Made by a program: the position numbers and the translations under genes. 64,000 bases of DNA. Origin: Azolla caroliniana (taxonomy: Eukaryota; Plantae; Polypodiophyta). This document shows positions 9,408 to 22,300 of the stretch, piece by piece. Under the pieces are notes generated by a model that was not told the origin of the DNA, made no database searches, and saw nothing but the letters and a program-made list of their open reading frames with translations. Each line of letters starts with the position of its first letter. Position 1 is the first letter of the stretch. Where the stretch lies: assembly GCA_043228905.1 (NCBI GenBank), contig JBHGNT010000002.1, positions 27,466,001 to 27,530,000 on the forward strand, given 5' to 3'.

Positions 9408-12400
9408 ATGGATAGAGGCATGGCGAGCTCGCTTCCAACAGAGAAGCTCGACAGAACCAACTACGCATCTTGGTCCTACAAGATGCACCAGTACCTGCTC
9501 GGGCACGGCTACTGGAGTTATGTCGAAGGAGCTAATGACGCGGCACCTGAATCGACACACAGAGACTTCCCGTCATGGGAGCAATCGGCGAGCAGGGTAT
9601 TATACTACTTCGCGTCGTGTGTGGGCGAACAACTATTGAGCTATGTTCGGGATGCAAAGACATCGAAGGGTGCGTGGGAAAATCTGAAGAAGATTTTCGC
9701 CGCGAGCACCACAGCCAGGAAGCTCCAGCTCCGACAGGAGTTGAGCAACCTACGACAACGCGACTTGTCGGTGGCGGACTATACCTCGAAGATCAAGGAT
9801 ATATGCGACTCCCTCGCCTCCATAGAGGTAAACATCGAGGAGAGCGAGATGGTCCAAATTTGTCTCAGAGGTTTGGCGTCGAAGTTCGAAGCGTTCCGAA
9901 CGGTTGTGTGTACCCGGGAGAATACGCCGTTCTTTTTCGACTTACAGTCAATGCTCATGGTATAGGAGAACCACGCGGGTGCGTCAACGAGCACGCACAC
10001 CGACAACAAGACATTGTACACGGAGGGAGAAAGGCCCCGTGGTCGTGGCGGACGAGGCAAGTCGGTACGCAATGGAGGCGGCCGACGAGATCAAGGAAGA
10101 AGGCACCGAAGTGATGCCGACAACAACTCTGGACCCTCCGGAAACAGGGGGAGTCGAAGCGATGAGAACCGGCAAGGGAAGGCCATCGCGGAGTGCTGGT
10201 ACTGTGGCAAGAAAGGCCACAAGGAAAGTGAGTGCTGGAAGAAGCGCACCGATTCGGAGAGAACCAGTTCCAGAAACGGCTCCGGACATACCGACAAGGG
10301 AAATCGGCAGCGATCGCACTACGCCGAAGACTCCGGGAGAGACGGAGAAGGGTCTGCCTTCGTGACGAGACATGAAGCAAACTCAATGAAACAGACCACC
10401 CCGAGATCGGACGAGGTGTGGTACGTAGACTCCGGCGCGTCAAACCACATGACGAGCCATAAGGAGTGGTTCTCGTACCTTGAAAAACCGATACAACCTG
10501 GAGTAGTCGCAACTGGAGATGACACTCTGCATCCAATCGCGAATGTCGGCGAAGTTCCCCTTAGCCATGTCGGGCAGAAAGGGAAACTCATGAACGTACT
10601 GCACTTTCCGACAATCACGAAAAACTTGGTCTCGGTCGGACAGATCGTCGACCAAGGGATGGAGGTTCGGTTTACACACCTCGGGTGCTTCATTGAGGAA
10701 GAAGGCCGTGTGATTGCGCAAGGGCGCAGAGACGGGAGGATGTTCATCCTCGATTCCACTGACGGCGGCACCACAATGTTCGCGAAGGGACAAAAACCCG
10801 AGTCGGACATCGACTTGTGGCACAAGCGGATAGGCCACGTCAACTACCAGCGGCTTCAAGATCTGCAATCGAAACAGGTAGTGTTTGGATTGCCCAAATT
10901 TAGTGGCCGAAAGGCACAAATTTGTGAAGCCTGCTAGCTCGGGAAGCAACATCGGCTTCCCTTCCCCAACGAGCGAAACCGGAGCCGGAACAAGCTCGAC
11001 CTTATACACTCCGATGTATGGGGGCCGACACAAAACGTTAGTCTTGGCGGGAGCCGATATTTCGTCTCCTTCATCGACGACCACACGGGGCACACGTGGA
11101 TCTACCTCATTGAGAGGAAGAGCGAAGTCTTCGACTGTTTTCGGGACCTCAAAAGGGTTCGTGGAAACGGAAACGGGACGAAAGATCAAGTGCCTGCGGT
11201 CGGATGGCGGAAAAGAGTACTTTTCCGGTCAATTCAACGGTTATCTACAACAAATGGGAGTTCGGCGCGAATTCAGTTGTAGATACACGCCGGAGCAAAA
11301 CGGCGTGGTCGAGAGGAAGAATCGGTCAGTTGTGGAAGCGACACGGGCAATGCTGGAGGAGAAGAGCTTGCCCAAGTTCTACTAGGCCGAAGCGGTAAGG
11401 ACCGCGGTATATATCCAGAACCGGATCGGAGACAAAGTGTCGGCGCACGAGCAATATTTCGGAACGAAGCCGAACCTTCGACACTTGAGGGTGTTCGGTA
11501 GCATTGCGTATGTGCATATATCGAAGGAGAAAAGGAGGAAGCTGGACGCAAAGGCCGAGAAATGCATCTTGGTCGGTTACTGGGACGAGCAGAAGGGTTA
11601 TAAGTGCTATAACCCTTGCACCAAACAAGCGCGTGTCAGCCGCGACGTTGTGGTTGACGAGTCCGCGTCTTGGTACCTGCCCCCGACTACGAACCTTGAC
11701 TCCAATCCGAGTTCTGACGATGAGGTCAGTGAGGCCGAGATGCCTCCGGATGAGCCCGAAATCGAGACCCGCGAAGAGAGTCCGATTTCACTCCGATTAA
11801 GTGGACCGATTGGACGACTGAGTCGGTACGACCAGTCCAATGAAGAGCCGGCGAGTAGTGGAGACTCGGTCGTGCATTCCCTGCGTAGGAAGCCGAGGAG
11901 ACGGCTTACGCGCGAAGAGAAAGGAAAGAAGAAGGTGTCGGATTCTGGCACGGAAAGGAACGAGTCAGACCGACGCGAATCCGACTCCGAGGGAACCGGT
12001 GACGGGTCTTTAAAGGTGAAGGCTGCGTCGACCGAGAAGGCCTTGACATCGGCTAATGCGAGATTACGCCGATCTACCCGCCAGAAGAATCTTGTTTTGC
12101 GGTTCGGATACAACGAGTACATGGCGCATCATTATGCGTACATGACCCGTGTAGCGGAAGTGCGTGAGCCGGAGAGCTACGCAGAAGCGGCTAAAAACGC
12201 GAATTGGCGTGCTGCGATGGAGGAAGAGATGCACGCATTGGCGGAGAACGAGACCTGGGACCTGGTTGACGCACCAAGAGGGGTAAAACCGATCGGGTGT
12301 AGGTGGGTGTACAAAGTCAAGTACAACACCGATGGCTCGGTCAACCGGTACAAGGCTCGGCTAGTGGCAAAGGGCTACGCGCAGAAACACGGCATCGACT

Positions 12401-14250
12401 ACGATGAGACGTTTGCGCCAGTCGCGAAAATGACGACCGTCCGTGTTTTGCTCGCAGTAGCTGCGGCCAAGGGGTGGCACCTACATCAAATGGATGTAAA
12501 GAATGCGTTCCTGCAAGGTGACCTTGAGGAACAAGTGTACATGGTACATCCCCCCGGATTTCACTCCGGAATGAACTCCTCGACAGTATGCCGACTGAAG
12601 AAGTCCCTTTACGGACTGAAGCAAGCCCCGCGTGCCTGGAACACGAAGATCATGTGACAACTGCGTCGAATGGGCTTCGTCACGTCAAAATCGGACTCTT
12701 CCCTGTTCATCCGGAAAGGTCGACTCGGACCGGTTAGTATTCTACTATATGTTGATGACTTGGTCATCATCGACGCTGACCTAGGTGAAATCGATCGCGT
12801 GAAGCTCCAACTTGCTGCATCGTTCGACATGAAGGATCTAGGGGACCTTCATTACTTCCTCGGGATCGAAGTGATCCGTACCCCCGAAGGCATATTGATC
12901 AGCCAACGCCATTACGTGCTGAGTATGCTCTTCAAATTCGGGATGGCCGACTGTAAGTCCGTCTCGACTCCTCTGGACAGAACCGTCAAGCTTCGTCCCG
13001 ATACGGGAAAGGTATGCGACCCGACGAGGTTCCGACAAATTGTCGGAAGCCTCATATACTTGACCATCACTCGACCCGACCTCAGTTATCCGGTTGGAGT
13101 GATCAGTCAGTTCATGGCATGACCTACCGAGGAGCACCTTCAGTGTGCGCAACGCATACTTCGATATATCAACGGCACTAAGGATCGGGGACTGCTATAT
13201 CGGACCAGTGCAACCGCGCAGTTAGTCGGCTACACCGATGCTGATTGGGCTGGCAATGCCGCCGATCGCCGATCCACGTCCGGATACGCATTCTCCCTCG
13301 GGAGTGCCGCGATCGCGTGGAGCAGTAAGAAGCAACCGATAGTTGCACTGTCGAGCACCGAAGCTGAGTACCGAGGAGCGGTTGTCGCGACATGCGAAGC
13401 CATATGGTTGAAGCGGCTACTTAAGGACCTGCAAGTGGAGGTGTCAGATCTGACGACGATCTACTGCAACAACCTCAGCAGCATCCAGCTCGCGAAGAAC
13501 CCCGTCTTCCACGCACGGACCAAGCACATTGAGGTGCATTACCATTTCGTCCGTGAGCGTGTCCTTTCCGATGAAGTCGAACTTCAGTACGTGCCGACGG
13601 ATCGGCAGACTGCCGACATCTTCACAAAGCCTCTTGGTCTGGACAAGTTGCGGCAATTCTCGGGTGCGCTCGGATTGCGTCACCTCGACGTGCCAAACTT
13701 GAGGGGGAGAACAGTCCCGAATGACCAAGCAAGGCAGCAGGAAAGGAGCAGAGACCGCGACACCGAGTTCGAGTCGGTTGACTCGGTCGTCGATTTCGAC
13801 TTCGGATCGGCTGAAGAAGCCGAGGGCGGACCCACGGAAAAGTCTGAAAACGGACAGAAGGGGAGCAGCCGAAGGAGAGAGCCGAAGCCAACCACGCATG
13901 GGGGAGATGACGCCATCGAGGGCGAGAAGACTGAAGACGAGTTGGAGACAGCCAACTCGGACGAGAGCGAAAACCGATCGGAGGTAGCCGAGTCGGTTCG
14001 GATGTTTGATTTAGACACATTGAATCAACCAAGGCCCAAGCGGAAGAAAAGGCAGCAGAAGAAGTGTCAACACCGCAACAACAAAAGAGCTGATAAGGGC
14101 CGCATGAGCAGACAAGCCGACCAGAAGGGTCGAAGCGCGCGGAGTCGAACAGGTCGAGGAGCGCGAGCGAGGCATGAAGCCAGGAGGAACCAAAGCTGTG
14201 AGTCTGAGGATCCCGAAGAGCCTCGAGTTGAGCTTGAGGGGGAGTGTTGA
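9408..14250 (+). pseudogene. Copia gag-pol polyprotein pseudogene
   Basis: Gag (EKLDRTNYASWSYKM), zinc knuckle CWYCGKKGHKESEC, protease WYVDSGASNHM, integrase HKRIGH..CEAC / LRSDGG / YTPEQNGVVERKN, RT ([14 protein letters not shown]), RNase H (DADW, EAEY, YCNN). Premature stops at 9963, 10935, 11383, 12655 and 13120, plus a +1 frameshift near 11151-11157. Confidence 0.96.
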
Positions 14251-14631
14251 GAGTCAAGCTCAACATCGGCTGGATCGGCTAAAGAAGCCGAGGACCGGAT
14301 CGGTTGGGACCGATCGGTTAGGCCGAGTGCGTAAACCGGGAGGCCGTTAGGAAAGATATTCCGTGAGGAATACATTTGGGAGTTAGTGTAGGAGCTCTTA
14401 ATGAGCATTGAAGTACTGTCAGTACTTCGGTCAGTCCTTCTAGGACTTGTATAAAAGTGTTCACTGAAGCACGTCTTATGTACAGATCGAGTATTATTGT
14501 TGAAAATAGTTTTTCTTGTCTTTCTCTCTGTCTCTGCTGCGTATACTGTGTAAGCTCAAGCTCTCCATTAAACCTGAGTGTTCTTCCTTCTATTCTATCT
14601 TTATACTTGCTTCCGCACGCTACTTTCTACA
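14245..14631 (+). repeat. 3' LTR of copia element
   Basis: Direct repeat of 8949-9335, preceded by the PPT and followed by TSD AAATT. Confidence 0.97.
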
Positions 14632-15800
14632 AAATTGAACCATTGAGAAACTTTCAAACCTTTGAAACGTTAAACCCACGGTTTCGTAGTTCGTTTTGGT
14701 TTTTAAGTTAGGCCAAATTTCAAAATTTCACAATTTAATTTTAACTTCTTCTTTTTTTCAAAATTAAAGATTTTTCTTAAAATATCCAAATTAAGCTTAA
14801 AATGTTCAAAAAAAACATTTAAGAAAATTATCAAGTGTCAATCCTAAACCGTTTAAACCACGAGTTCAAAATGTTAAACCAATAAAAGGCTGAAACTGAA
14901 TCAAACCATTTAAACCATTCAGTTGTTAAGTTGTGGTTTCGCGGTTCGGTTCGGTTCAAACCGTTGCCAATTGCTAATTACAACTGTTTTGTACTTGAAC
15001 CTACATATGATGCTCTCATTTTAAATCTCTAAACAATAATGTCATCACATCTATCTTGAATATGTTGATCTCATCATAATGATAGTCCTAACATTTGGCC
15101 ATGCATGGACTTAAGAAATTAAAAATAGATATGTATATGGATTTACTTAATGGTTAATGTATGCCACATGCAATGATCATGAGTACTTTAAAGTAAATGG
15201 GTTGTGTCTAGTAGTAGTCTCATTCACGTGATTTTATTTTGTTTTTGTAATTGTTTGGGAGCATTACTTTGTCCTTATTGACAAAGGGTCAAACTCACTT
15301 GTTAGATAACAATAAGAAGTCGCGTCATAATTTCAACCATGCAAAAAGAAATTTGGGATTGTGAAATTGCTTTGATAGTTGAAATTGAGATCGTGAAGTA
15401 AAGTCACACCATAAAAATATTGAACGATGAAATGAAATAATATCTATAACAACTTTGCACATGGTGAAAATAATAAATAATGAAAAAAATGGGGAGAAGG
15501 ATAACGCATAAGACGATTGTGGTAGAAGTATATCCTCGTGTTTATTGCAAGTTATGTTCTTTTCACAAATTTTGAGTACTTTGTCATTCAATTGAACCTT
15601 CACATTCACACTTCCACGTTCGAAACACTATTAATAAGTAGCGTACTCTCTCTCTCTCTCTAGAATTCACCTCGATTGAAAAATAACAACTTCCACTCTA
15701 AAATATTTTTTCTATTGAGGAGAGACTCGGAGTACCCCTCTCATATTTTAACATTGGATATGTCCTTTGCATATAGACATCCCAACTAGTCCTTGAAGAA

Positions 15801-15826
15801 GGGGGGGGGGGGGGAGGGGGGGGGGA
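15801..15826 (+). repeat. Poly-G tract
   Basis: Near-pure G run interrupted by one A. Confidence 0.85.
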
Positions 15827-17406
15827 GTTGATGAATTTCTATCATGTAACCAACGTAGAGGCAAGTGGTAATGCATTCTATCTATCTTCTCAATGTTTGT
15901 TTGTATTCTCTACGTTCAAGTTGTAAAATCTCGAGCCTATTTATTCTATCTAACATGAACACAACACATCTTTATTATCATGGGGCCGAAGGATTAAAAT
16001 GGTTATTTAATGATTTTTTTTTATGCACATAGGAATTCAAGACTCATAGACATGTTGTTTTGTGTAACACTCATATAAAACTAGAAACAAAGTCAAAACA
16101 TGTGCAAATACAAACCGATAAACCTCAAATATGGCAATCGGCAAGTAGTATTACAATTTAGTATATTTGGAAGGCTTGATGTTTGAAGATATTTCAAAAT
16201 GTGGCTGAAAGACCTTCCCAAATAAATTTGGGAATTTGGATAGAGATTGTGCATAATCTCAAAGGGTTGTTGGATAGTATAAAAGGTAATAATACTCAAC
16301 ACGTGGAGCTTAAGCGTTTGGAGTCTCATACCATTTGGGACATAGGTATATTTTATAGACAGCTTGTTGATAAGGTGGAGTGGTTTTGCTCAACACCAAA
16401 GTATTTTTTTAAGCCGATGGTTAGAATTTAGACAAATACAGGGGATATGTGGTATATCTTGTATGTATAATAGCCTTACGGCGTTTTCTTATACTAATGT
16501 AGTATCTTCTATTGGAAAAAAAGAAGAAGTCAAAACATAATTCTCAATACAACAATATTCATGCCTTTCAATACTTGTGAGTTTCAAGACTCAATCCAAC
16601 AAAGTCCGAAGGCCATATCAAAACAATTACAACTATTATCAAAAGTACTAACAAACGGTAAATTTAAGCTATTCTAAGTGGTGCAATAAAGGTAGAGAAT
16701 AGCAAAAAGGTTGTTCCTTTAGTTAGGTGACAATCTTTCTGTAGTGCGAGACTTTAAATTCAATCAATGCATTTCTTTCTTGTCCTTGTTGGAGGGTGAA
16801 AGAAGTCTTGCATAGGGTTCGGTCAATGTTTAAGAACACAACTTAATTGCAAACTTGCAACTAACAAGTTTTGAAATTTAGCGTTTAGTCAAAAACTTAT
16901 AAATAGAGCATAGATGTTGCGACTTCTGCAAAATATCACGAGTTACAATATACTACTCCCTATTGTAAACCACAACGCTAATCACTCTACTCATATCACT
17001 ATCCACAAATGGCACTAATCCATATATTAAACTTTTTTGATAATGTATAAACATATAGACATATTTTAGTTGCATTCAAAATATATTAATTTTGTACGCC
17101 CTCCTTCCAAAGGGGTATAACAATGTCCATATGCATTTTGCAATTACCAAATGAAATGTTCACACATATGTGGTATTCTCTCGATAAAAAGCTCCTAAAT
17201 TTCAACCAAGAAGTTTCCAAGCATTTTATCTTGAAGTTAGATCTGCCAAGTTGAGTCAAAACATACAAGTTGGCACTTATACTTTGCCTTACTGCTTATC
17301 TAACCATTCTCCAAGTGAAATGTAGCTAATGGTAGCTCTAGCATGTAATAGCATAGTCAAAAAATAAAATATCTAATTATGTTACCTTTATTTATTATTA
17401 TTATTA

Positions 17407-17719
17407 GGGAAAACTACCAGGATACCCTTGGAAGTTCGTCTATTTACCAGAATGCCCCTACAAGTTCCAAATTTACCAAACTACCCCTATGTCCAAAAAA
17501 GTACACTTTATAAAGTAATTATTCACTCAAATATTTGGTAAATAGGGCTAGTTTGGGTCCATTTCTTCCATCTTTGGTCAATAGGGCTTGTAGATTTGAC
17601 TGTATAATTAGTTTATAAAGTGTAATTTTTTGGATATAGGGGTAGTTTGGTAAATTTGGAACTTCGAGGGGCATTCTGGTAAATAGAAGAACTTCCAAGG
17701 GTATCTTGGTACTTTTTCC
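17407..17719. mobile_element. Mutator-like MITE with ~125-bp terminal inverted repeats
   Basis: gggaaaactaccaggatacccttggaagttc...taccaaactacccctat is mirrored by ataggggtagtttggtaaa...gaacttccaagggtatcttggtactttttcc. The flanks read TTATTATTA (17398-17406, 17720-17728), consistent with a 9-bp TSD but inside a TTA microsatellite. Confidence 0.88.
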
Positions 17720-19024
17720 TTATTATTATTACAATTGTTTAGCATTGCCTTTTATTTTACATGGCCATGCAATTGTTTCACCTTTTGTATCCTTGATATG
17801 TGACCATGCAACATTGAAAAGCCATTCTTAAGAGCAAACTTTTGGTTACATGATGTCAACTAAACTTATAAATGCTTATTTTAACAAACACATCATCAAT
17901 CCTGATTACTCGATGCTTAGACCCATGAGCTTATGTTGCCAAGCAAAAGATTCACCATCTCATTATCATATATTATATAATTGCATTATTTAGTTTCAAC
18001 ATGGTAACCTAGTGAATCTACCAACAATAAATGATGGGAAGTATAAAGGAAATGTTTTCGCATAATGCGCTATCACATATGTAATCTCTTGTATTATACA
18101 CAAAACATTATTTTTTTAAGGTGTTGTTAGATTCGTTGTCCATGTGAATTCTATATGCCTAAGGATAATTCCAACAAAAAGAGGGGTCCATTCATTTTCT
18201 TTTGCACGTTAAGCCTGTCATGTTTTTTAGTCATTGTCAAAATTATTTGCTTTCAATCACCATCTGGTTGCAAATCATAATTTATGAAGCCATATTTTTA
18301 GGAGAACACTTAGGATGCGCAAGTTAAGATTTGGTGCATGCATTGAGTTAGCCTTGGAAAATCAATAAACTTCACATGGCTACGATTTACTACCGAGAAA
18401 TCGGGAAAGTAGAGAGAGTTATTAGTAAATAATACCTAACAAGGTTTATTATTAATCCATCCGAATAACATCACACGAAGCAAGTTGCAATAATCAACAT
18501 TGATCTAACCGATGACAATGAAGACAACGAAACTCGAGTAATCAAGGTGGATTACTGGAAAGCTTCCCGTGTATGAAATGAGGAAGGCCAACAGAGTAGC
18601 GTGGGCTTCCCTGCCCATCCATTTTTTGCATTCAAAAACATATGTGATGATATATCTGTCGATAACCTATCGGATGGGGTGTCTGTCTCATAGATCACAA
18701 TTGGCCGCCGTAGAGACTACATATTTATATATCTCGCTTTCGTGTTCTTTGCTTTTCCATATCTATCTATCATTATTCATTTTGTACATAATGAAAAACA
18801 CTTATATATTTTTTTACTATATGTTTATTTGCATTGTTTTTCTCACATTTTCACCTCCATGGACCATGGTTTAAATTAAAAATTCTTTTTCTTTGGAAAA
18901 AGGTCAAAAAAAGAAATAATGGGAAAATTGGGGTATAAAGGGAAAAAATCCATTTTCTTTTATTTTTTCCAGTCATTTAATTTTCTTCACTGCTATTTAT
19001 TTTATTTTCTTCAATTTCTCACTA

Positions 19025-19363
19025 TCTCTTCTTCTTCTTCTTCTTCTTCTTCTTCTCTCTCTCTCTCTTTCTTCAGACTGACACTACACATACACATGTA
19101 AAAGCTTCCTGCTCACTTCTTCTGCAAATTCTCTCCCTCTCCATCGATTTCCTTCTGTCCATTTTTTCTCTACTCCTCTTGTTTCTCCGCATCTCTTACC
19201 TTCGTTCACTTTCTACGATTTCTACTTCGGTATATCTGCATTTCATCGCGATCTCCTTCTTTCTTACTGATTTCCGCCTTCTCAACTCGGTTTACCTATT
19301 TGCACATCCTTTTCTTTCTTCTTCGGTAGTTCTTCATCGATCTGGCCTCTCCATAGCATCGCC
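19025..19363 (+). promoter_or_regulatory. CT/CTT-rich putative 5' UTR of the PATROL1-like gene
   Basis: (CTT)n(CT)n at ~19027-19070 followed by a pyrimidine-rich stretch leading to gccATG at 19364, typical of plant leaders. TSS not determined. Confidence 0.55.
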
Positions 19364-22300
19364 ATGATACCGTCATCTCCATCGCGGTAAGATAGAGAAT
19401 ATGGTATTAACATGACAGAGATGAAATGTGAGAGTAAGATAGAGATGAAACAAAATGTAATATTTATTTGTGAGCAAAAGATTAAATGAAATGTGGTATT
19501 TAACCCGAGAGAGAAAGACAGAGCGACAATTCAATATGTCTATTAGAAGCAGAAATCGGTCCAGATGTTTGTTTGTAACAAGTGTGACAGGCCTGTGGTT
19601 CAGATGAATATGGCCTATGTTCACGGAAAATTTCAAATGTCATTGTCGTGACCCTACTTGTATAGCCCTTGATTGACTTCAGCAGGAGACGGAGGGGATG
19701 TTGCCAAATATAAGGCTAGTCATTGTTTTTGGCTGAAGAGGTTTTGTTGTTGTACTGTTGTCGTTCAATGATGTCTCTATATATCTCATGATATCTAGCA
19801 AGAACAATGCAAAGCATCATCCTTATTTCATAAAAAAATCATAATGGCAAGCAGTGTTCTTCTGGTTCTACTCCCTGATGGCAAAAGTGGCAGATCCATT
19901 CTTCCATAGATTTGCATGCCTATTTTTCTCTAGCTGATGTGGAGAGCATTTGATCTACCCTATCACAATATGAGGAGGATGTGCATTGGTATTTGTCCGA
20001 TGAGATGTGTATTAAACAAGGGCTTTATGGTGGCCATATCTACGAAGAGACTTTCTGGGGTGATCCACATTCATGCATATCCAATTAAATGGCATCAATT
20101 CGGATCTGCCATTAGTTTTCACTTTGGTCATTTCCAAGTGGGGACAATCCAAGCTATAGATTAGATGTAGCACATTTATATTGGTGCCATGTGATTGGAA
20201 CCATTCTTGCATTTCAGCATAGCAACAACGATTATCTCTATGTTTTGCTGAATGTTTTGACAACATAAATCCCAATCTTGAGTACTTTTTATTTGGAAGC
20301 TCTTTGTTGGATCCTGATCACTGGTTTGAGTAGTGCCTCAATCACTATTGGGGCTGCTCCTATTTCTGCCCAGATTACATAATGAAGACACAAATACTTT
20401 GCTCCTTACAATACAGGCAATCATTGAGACTAAATGTCTTTCTTATTCTCTCCAGTTTTGTACTCTATGAAGACTTGATCCACATGTTGCAAGTGTATTG
20501 ACCATAAGTTTGTTTGTGGTTTTTTTAATTGTATCCGTGACACTGTCTCCTGATATTTGCATATGCACAACATCCCTTTGAGAGTCAGAAATAAACACGA
20601 AATCATCAGCATATAGTTATATCAGTGTTGCTACCTCAGCCAAGCATGCGTCTGATTTTATTAATGATCTGTATGTTTGATGCTGATTTTCATAAATTCT
20701 CCCAGTCTTCTATAATCTTAAAGCAATGAACTGCATAACATTTCTACATTAATATGCAAAAGAAAGGTAGGATAACTCATCAAAGTTGTTGTAGCTTGCA
20801 CATCCATCAGCACACAAGCTAGTCAAGAACTTTTGAAAAATGACTCATCAATACTTCAGGATTTCTTTCATGAACATCATATCGTTGGATGATTCTATGA
20901 CTGGGGATGGTGAATTTTAGTTATGTCATTTGTAGCATGGCTTGTTTTGCAGGACTGCAGAAGTGGAGATGCTCCAGCGTTATCGCCGAGATAGGCATGA
21001 ACTTCTAAACTTCCTTCTTTCAGCCAGTGTTTTGAGGAAGGTGGTGATGCCACCAGGTGCTGTGTCACTTGAAGATGTGGATTTAGATCAAGTGAGTGTG
21101 GACTACGTCCTGGAGTGTGCACGGAAAAGTAAGTATTTTAAAAGGATTAAGAATGCCTGAATGTAGATACTTCTTTAAGCAACTATCGGACTTAGAATTT
21201 GCTGGTATTATTCTTATTAGTATCTTATGAATGTTTGTGTTCAGATGGAGTATTGGAGCTAGCAGAGGCAATAAAGAAATATTATGATGATTTGAACTTG
21301 CCTCCTATGGTAAGTTATGATATTTCGAAATTTTACCTAATCATCTGATCATTAAGATATCTTTTGCATGAGCTGCAATGTTCTACTCCATTTATGCCCA
21401 GGGCTATATTACACATGACTCATCCATGTCCTGCGCCTTTTAGAGGTACTGGCTTAAATGAATTTAGAGAAAGCTGAGTTACGTGATAGATTCACACAGA
21501 GCTTTGGACAAGATCACTAGGACCTCAGATGTCTCTGCATTAACAAACAAAAATGTGCATAATGCATAAAACTTGAACTTAATAAGGATGCTGAATGGTG
21601 TGACGAGGTGCATAGAAAATGAAGAATGCCTAGAATTTAAGACTTGTATGATATGGTGGCTTATTATGGATGGATGAATTAGATATCTGAATGACTCTTG
21701 ATTATCTTATAAAGGTACATAGTTTGTATGATATGGTGGCTTATAGTGGATGGATGAATTGGATATCTGTATGACTCTTGATTATCTTATAAACGTACGC
21801 AAAATAGTAAAAACATTCTGATTTTGAGACAACAAATTCCAGAAATAAAATTAGTCTTTGACAAATGAGATGAAAATAAAGCTAAAGCAAAGAAGAAGAG
21901 AAATGAGGGAAATGTAATCCGTTGTTGAAAAAACTAAGATCAGCATATGGGCAATGGTTAATGTGATGCACTGGAAAATTTGAGATTAAGAAACGTATTG
22001 GAAACAAGTAAAAACATTTCGTAGGATATCTTGATGTCGATCTCACGACCTTATGACTCATTCCGCTAGCAAGTAAAAACATTTCGTAGGATATCTTGAT
22101 GTCATAAATCTCGTTCCTAGAGAGCTCTCATTCTGCTAGCATAGTTTTCTGGATTCCAAACTAGTATTTTCTGGTTGTATCAAGTGGCCACTTTTACAAG
22201 ATGGTGTGCATATCTATTGCACTAATATTAACCTCAGGATTTTAATGAATAAATTATTTGTAGATACTAGTATAAACAAAAGCCTGGATGAAAGCTATTT

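Larger units (their letters stand above)
8949..14631 (+). mobile_element. Full-length Ty1/copia LTR retrotransposon, coding region disabled
   Basis: 387-bp LTRs TG...CA at 8949-9335 and 14245-14631 (6 mismatches by eye); 5-bp TSD AAATT (8944-8948, 14632-14636); PBS tgatatcagagc at 9336-9347; PPT gagggggag at 14236-14244; domain order gag-PR-IN-RT-RH. Confidence 0.98.
8855..14976. mobile_element. hAT-type MITE (AACCG/CGGTT-rich) split by the copia insertion; pieces ~8855-8948 and 14632-14976
   Basis: aaaccgaacc/ggttcggttc subterminal repeats on both sides of the copia. The right end gccaattgcta (14966-14976) resembles the TIR of the intact copy at 32989-33423. Left TIR not found. Confidence 0.65.

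Noticed and set aside
11151-11157. Programmed ribosomal frameshift in copia pol
   Set aside because: It falls in the integrase core of an element with five other stops; a simple +1 insertion in AAAAGGG is more likely.
9324-14408. Numerous overlapping and antisense ORFs in the copia element
   Set aside because: Expected shadows of a GC-rich coding region; no recognisable products.
18380-18580. Coding-like stretch (IINIDLTDDNEDNETRVIKVDYWKASRV)
   Set aside because: Interrupted by stops, with no recognisable family or splice context.
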